A DNA stretch of 63,833 nucleotides, filler included, from Olpidium bornovanus S191 (Eukaryota; Fungi; Olpidiomycota), in assembly GCA_017911155.1 (NCBI GenBank). It is 30 parts of 30 records of this genome, joined end to end, with 100 filler letters (N's around TTAATTAATTAA, not from the genome) between each part and the next. Parts side by side here need not be neighbours in the genome. Positions count along the whole stretch, not along the records: positions 58,661 to 60,416 come from JAEFCI010001300.1; positions 60,517 to 62,220 come from JAEFCI010007721.1; positions 62,321 to 63,833 come from JAEFCI010004456.1; 27 more parts are not named here. One strand, 5' to 3'. Below, piece after piece: positions 60,385 to 63,833 of this stretch. The translations under genes were made by a program, and so were the position numbers. Position 1 is the stretch's first letter; every line of letters begins with the position of its first letter. The notes below the pieces were generated by a model, which ran no database searches, was not told the origin of the DNA, and saw only the letters and a program-made list of their open reading frames with translations.

Positions 60385-62320
60385 CGGGGGGGGGGGGGGG
60401 GGGGGGGGAGGGGGGGNNNNNNNNNNNNNNNNNNNNNNNNNNNNNNNNNNNNNNNNNNNNTTAATTAATTAANNNNNNNNNNNNNNNNNNNNNNNNNNNN
60501 NNNNNNNNNNNNNNNNCATGGAGGCGCAAATTAATCAAAACATTTTCAAGTATTGCGCCGATTAATTTATTGTGGGTGTCTTACGCCAAGCACCAGTGCT
60601 GTTCAGGAGAACGCATACTCTGTGCACTAATCAGTTTCTAGAAGTATCAACAGTGTGCGGGAAGTCCCTTTTCTTTCTTTCCGGTGCGGGCGACCGCAAC
60701 GGCGCTGGAACCGTTCTTTTATTTCTGCGCAGCGCATTTTCGTTCGGCCTGAGTCAACACTCGTGCTACATGCATTACATGTAAGACATGCAATCACAGA
60801 TTATTGCTAATCTGGGTTGAACCGACCCCTGATGATTCTGCCGACGGTGGCCCCACCCAAAGGCGACTGGAACAGCTAACCGCCGCAAGGGCCGCCGTGC
60901 GGACGGTGGAATTCAGCTCGAGGACGGTGGGGTTCGGGATTGCATACCGCGTAATCCGTAACACGAATAGTCAGGGCACCAGGCCCGTGGATTTGGGGCC
61001 GGTTGACGACGCGGCCGTGCTGCGCCCGCTGCGGTGAGCCGCGGGCAGTTCAATTCTGGCCGAATAACTGCATGATTTTCACACGACTCGGATAATTTGG
61101 GGTCAATTGATACGGTCGACTGTGGGCGAGGACACATCCCCCCTGGAGGCGCCGGGGGCTGGAAGCAGTGCCCTGAGAACACGCACCCGCGGCCTGATAA
61201 CAAGCGGAACCGCCATTTCCCCCTCCCAAACCCCCATCGCCGCCGTTTCCCTCTTGGTCGTCAGCGGATAGCGTCGGGTGCAAACGAAAAAGGCGCCCTT
61301 GCGGTTAAACCCACGACAACTCGGTCGGTCCCCGCTTCCCCAGTTGTCCCCGCACCCCCCAACAGCTCACCGGAGAGCTCGCCGGAGGCACGGCGAGTCG
61401 ACCTGCCGGAGCGGGCGTGGAGTTCCGGCTGTCGGGCGGTCCAGAAACGCGGCCGCACATTTTGCTACCGTTCGTTTCGAGGGAAAAAAACGTATTTTCT
61501 CTCGGCCGGCGTCCAAAAACAGAAAAAACCTGCCGGCATTTCCGACCGGGTGAGAAGGGAGATTGAGGCGAGGTCGGGGTGGGGTGGAAGGGGCTTCCAA
61601 AGCGGGTCCCGAATGCGAGCTCAACGCCACTTTGCAAAGGCCCTGCAAAGGCCCGGGCGCGGAAGGCCTTTAAAAAAAAAGGGGGGGGGGGGGGTAAGCC
61701 GGCCAAGTTGCAACAACGTCGATGAAGTTGTCTATTCCTCCCTCCTCACCCACTCCCCCCTGAGCCCGCTTCGTCGCTCCCCGCCTTGGCGGTATTCTTT
61801 TTTTTTTTTGACGCTGGAGCGCGTGGACGGGGCGGTTTGGGGCAGGGCAGAGCTACTCTGGGAAAGAAGCCCGGTCAGAATTTGACTTTTTCTGCCGCGC
61901 CGCTGCGGGCACCCACGTGCGGAAACAGGGCCTAGTTTCCAGCCATGTACCCCGTTTCCCCCTGCTCCTTCTCACCCGCCCTGTTCTCAAGCCCGGATGG
62001 GGCGTGGTGTTTTCGCCGCCGGTAACGCAAAAGACCGCTTGCCAGCTCCGAAAAGATGAGGCGCCGTGTCAAATTGCGAAGGAAATTTTCCGAGACAAAA
62101 AAAAAGGGACCAGCCCGGTTGCCGGACGGCCGAACATCGAGGAAGAGAGAAAGAGAGAGTGAGAGTGAGAGAGGGAGAGAGAGGAACGGGAACGGGGCGG
62201 GGAGGAAAAAACGGGGGGGGNNNNNNNNNNNNNNNNNNNNNNNNNNNNNNNNNNNNNNNNNNNNTTAATTAATTAANNNNNNNNNNNNNNNNNNNNNNNN
62301 NNNNNNNNNNNNNNNNNNNN

Positions 62321-62407
62321 GCCTCTCGGCTTCCCTTCCGCGTACTCCTGCTCCCTTTTGGATTCTCCTCCGAGTTCTACGGTACAAGCTGAACAGGTTA
62401 TGAGCCC
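62321..62407 (+). mobile_element. LTR 3' end (to 62395) plus half-tRNAiMet PBS (62396-62407)
   Basis: ...GCTGAACA|GGTTATGAGCCC. Confidence 0.7.
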
Positions 62408-62816
62408 AAACCGTCAACTGCTCCCTGTCCGAAGAACCATGCCGCCGGGCCCCGTGTTGAGCCGGACGGGGGCGTAATTGCCGAACGGAGCCTGCAACGT
62501 CCCAGATATCCCACGGGCGCCGTCAAAAGATGTCAGAACCTCTGTTGCCTGCCGTTGGTTAGTACGTGTTTAAAAAGTGAAAAAGCGTATTTGTGCGAAA
62601 ATGGGGAGGGATAAGAATGCCGCCGAGCAGGGACGAGGAGTTTGGGCACCGAGGAATGCTGGTTGATCAAATTGAATACAGATATAACATGAGCGGAGGG
62701 AACTGGCGGAATGAGTAAAAAAAGGGGGGGCGGGGGGGGGGGGGGGGGGGGGGATGGGGTGGGTGCTGCTTCCTTCCCTCCCCCGCTGGGACATTTCATT
62801 TTCCGGTCCCCCGGCT

Positions 62817-63833
62817 TCACAGCCAGATAGACGCAAACGACAAGACGACGAGCGCCCTGATGAGGAGGACTGGGTAAAACTCGGGGGACGCAAACGCGCG
62901 CGAGGCGCTGGGCACGGTGTCTTTGTTGATTCCGGTCTTGGCATTGCCGGTCGAACTGGATTGCTTGAAAGGCGGCGGCGTAACCCGAGGCGGGGGGGCG
63001 GCCATGGGTGTTTGGTCCCACTGGAAATTGTACTGGGAGGCGAGGCTCTCAGCTCTCATCTGCACCCACTGCACTGTGCCCCACTGGGCCTGGCCTGTGC
63101 CGCTCTCCAGGCCCGTCTGAAAGTCTTCGTATTTCCACAGGTCAGGCTTGCCGTTCTGTCTCCGGGGGGGGGCCCTGTCCCACTCGACGTCCTGCGCGAT
63201 TCGCTCGTGGATCGCCCTGAAGCGCGCCCCCAGCACCGCGGGATTGAAGAGGTGCTTGACGATGGTGATGACGATATCCTGGAAGCGTGCGCCGTATTTC
63301 TGTGAACTAAGGAGCTTCGGCATGATGATGTTCTTGCCGCCGGTGGCGTTACCGGTTCCGAAAGAGGAGTATGGTATCTGTGCGGAGGTGGGAAAGGAGC
63401 CCTCTAAAGCTCCAACGGCGATTCCGAAGGTCTGATCGAAATCCTGGTCCGAGAAAAAGAACTTTTTCTAAAACGTCACACAGCAGGAGGATACCGTGAG
63501 CACTGCGTGTTCTTTTATTCAGCTGGCCATAGTAGGATGACTTACAGAAACTTTTGAGTCGTCGTACAACATGAAGTTGCTCCCCATCAGCCAGGAGCTA
63601 TCCCTGTACAAAGTGGGATTCGCCTGTCAATTCGTCCAGCAAATCCGCGAAAAAAGGCTTGATATCATTTTGCGTACCAGTGGTAGGTCAAAAATTCCAT
63701 AGCATGGGCGCGCATGAGCGTCTCAAGGTCAAGAACGTTTGCCAGCGCATCGAGACCAGCGTCGTCGTTTGCCGCATTCACAGCCGCGACCATTTTCTTA
63801 AGAGATGCGGTCGGATCAGAGGTCGGGTTGTCC
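62817..63833 (-). CDS. cotH: CotH-family secreted atypical kinase with probable GPI-anchor signal (5'-partial; apparent 1-nt frameshift at about 63690)
   Basis: Exons 63833-63678, 63603-63546 and 63467-62817 give LDLETLMRAHAMEF(L)TYHW|DSSWLMGSNFMLYDD...|FFFSDQDFDQTFG...DVEWDR...WGTVQWVQMRAESLA, ending in a Ser/Thr stretch and hydrophobic tail PVLLIRALVVLSFASIWL*. Confidence 0.85.

Noticed and set aside
60804-61037. VEFSSRTVGFGIAY, weakly GOLD-domain-like
   Set aside because: A single short motif with no supporting exons identified.
2003-62320. Regularly spaced TTAATTAATTAA 'repeats' that look like an array
   Set aside because: These are assembly spacers flanked by N runs, not a CRISPR array or biological repeat.

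Overview
This is not one locus. It is a concatenation of 30 short contigs (about 1-4 kb) joined by 29 artificial 100-nt spacers (44 N + TTAATTAATTAA + 44 N), so adjacency across a spacer means nothing biologically. The DNA is GC-rich, intron-rich and homopolymer-laden. A Zn(II)2Cys6 factor together with CotH, VMP1, a MEAK7-like TLDc protein and a ZNFX1-like helicase points to an early-diverging (non-Dikarya) fungus; this is inference and the species cannot be determined from sequence alone. Recognisable, mostly partial, spliced genes: makorin-like CCCH protein, septin CDC12, SMP/LEA-like protein, UBA1, acyl-protein thioesterase, PER1, GCK-III STE20 kinase, GT32 glycosyltransferase, REC8, class-IV aminotransferase (ADC-lyase-like), ZNFX1-like helicase, P4-ATPase, RPL30, CSC1/OSCA channel, DUF1308 protein, THI80, VMP1, ATG5, MEAK7-like TLDc protein, Zn2Cys6 factor, bacterial/plant-type BCAT and CotH. 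LTR retrotransposons are abundant: five LTR-end/half-tRNAiMet primer-binding-site junctions (AACA|GGTTATGAGCCC), one copia gag-protease and two Ty3/gypsy-type gags. Top leads: (1) a spliced in-frame SAP-domain-VMP1 fusion; (2) a Hemivirus/copia-type half-tRNA PBS and LTR sitting upstream of a gypsy-type gag; (3) a probably GPI-anchored CotH kinase lacking the Mucorales invasin motif; (4) a 9-nt microexon carrying the kinase catalytic D-I-K; (5) an SMP/LEA-like repeat protein; (6) an unclassified multicopy ORF-bearing repeat. All family assignments come from motif recognition by eye; no database searches were run.
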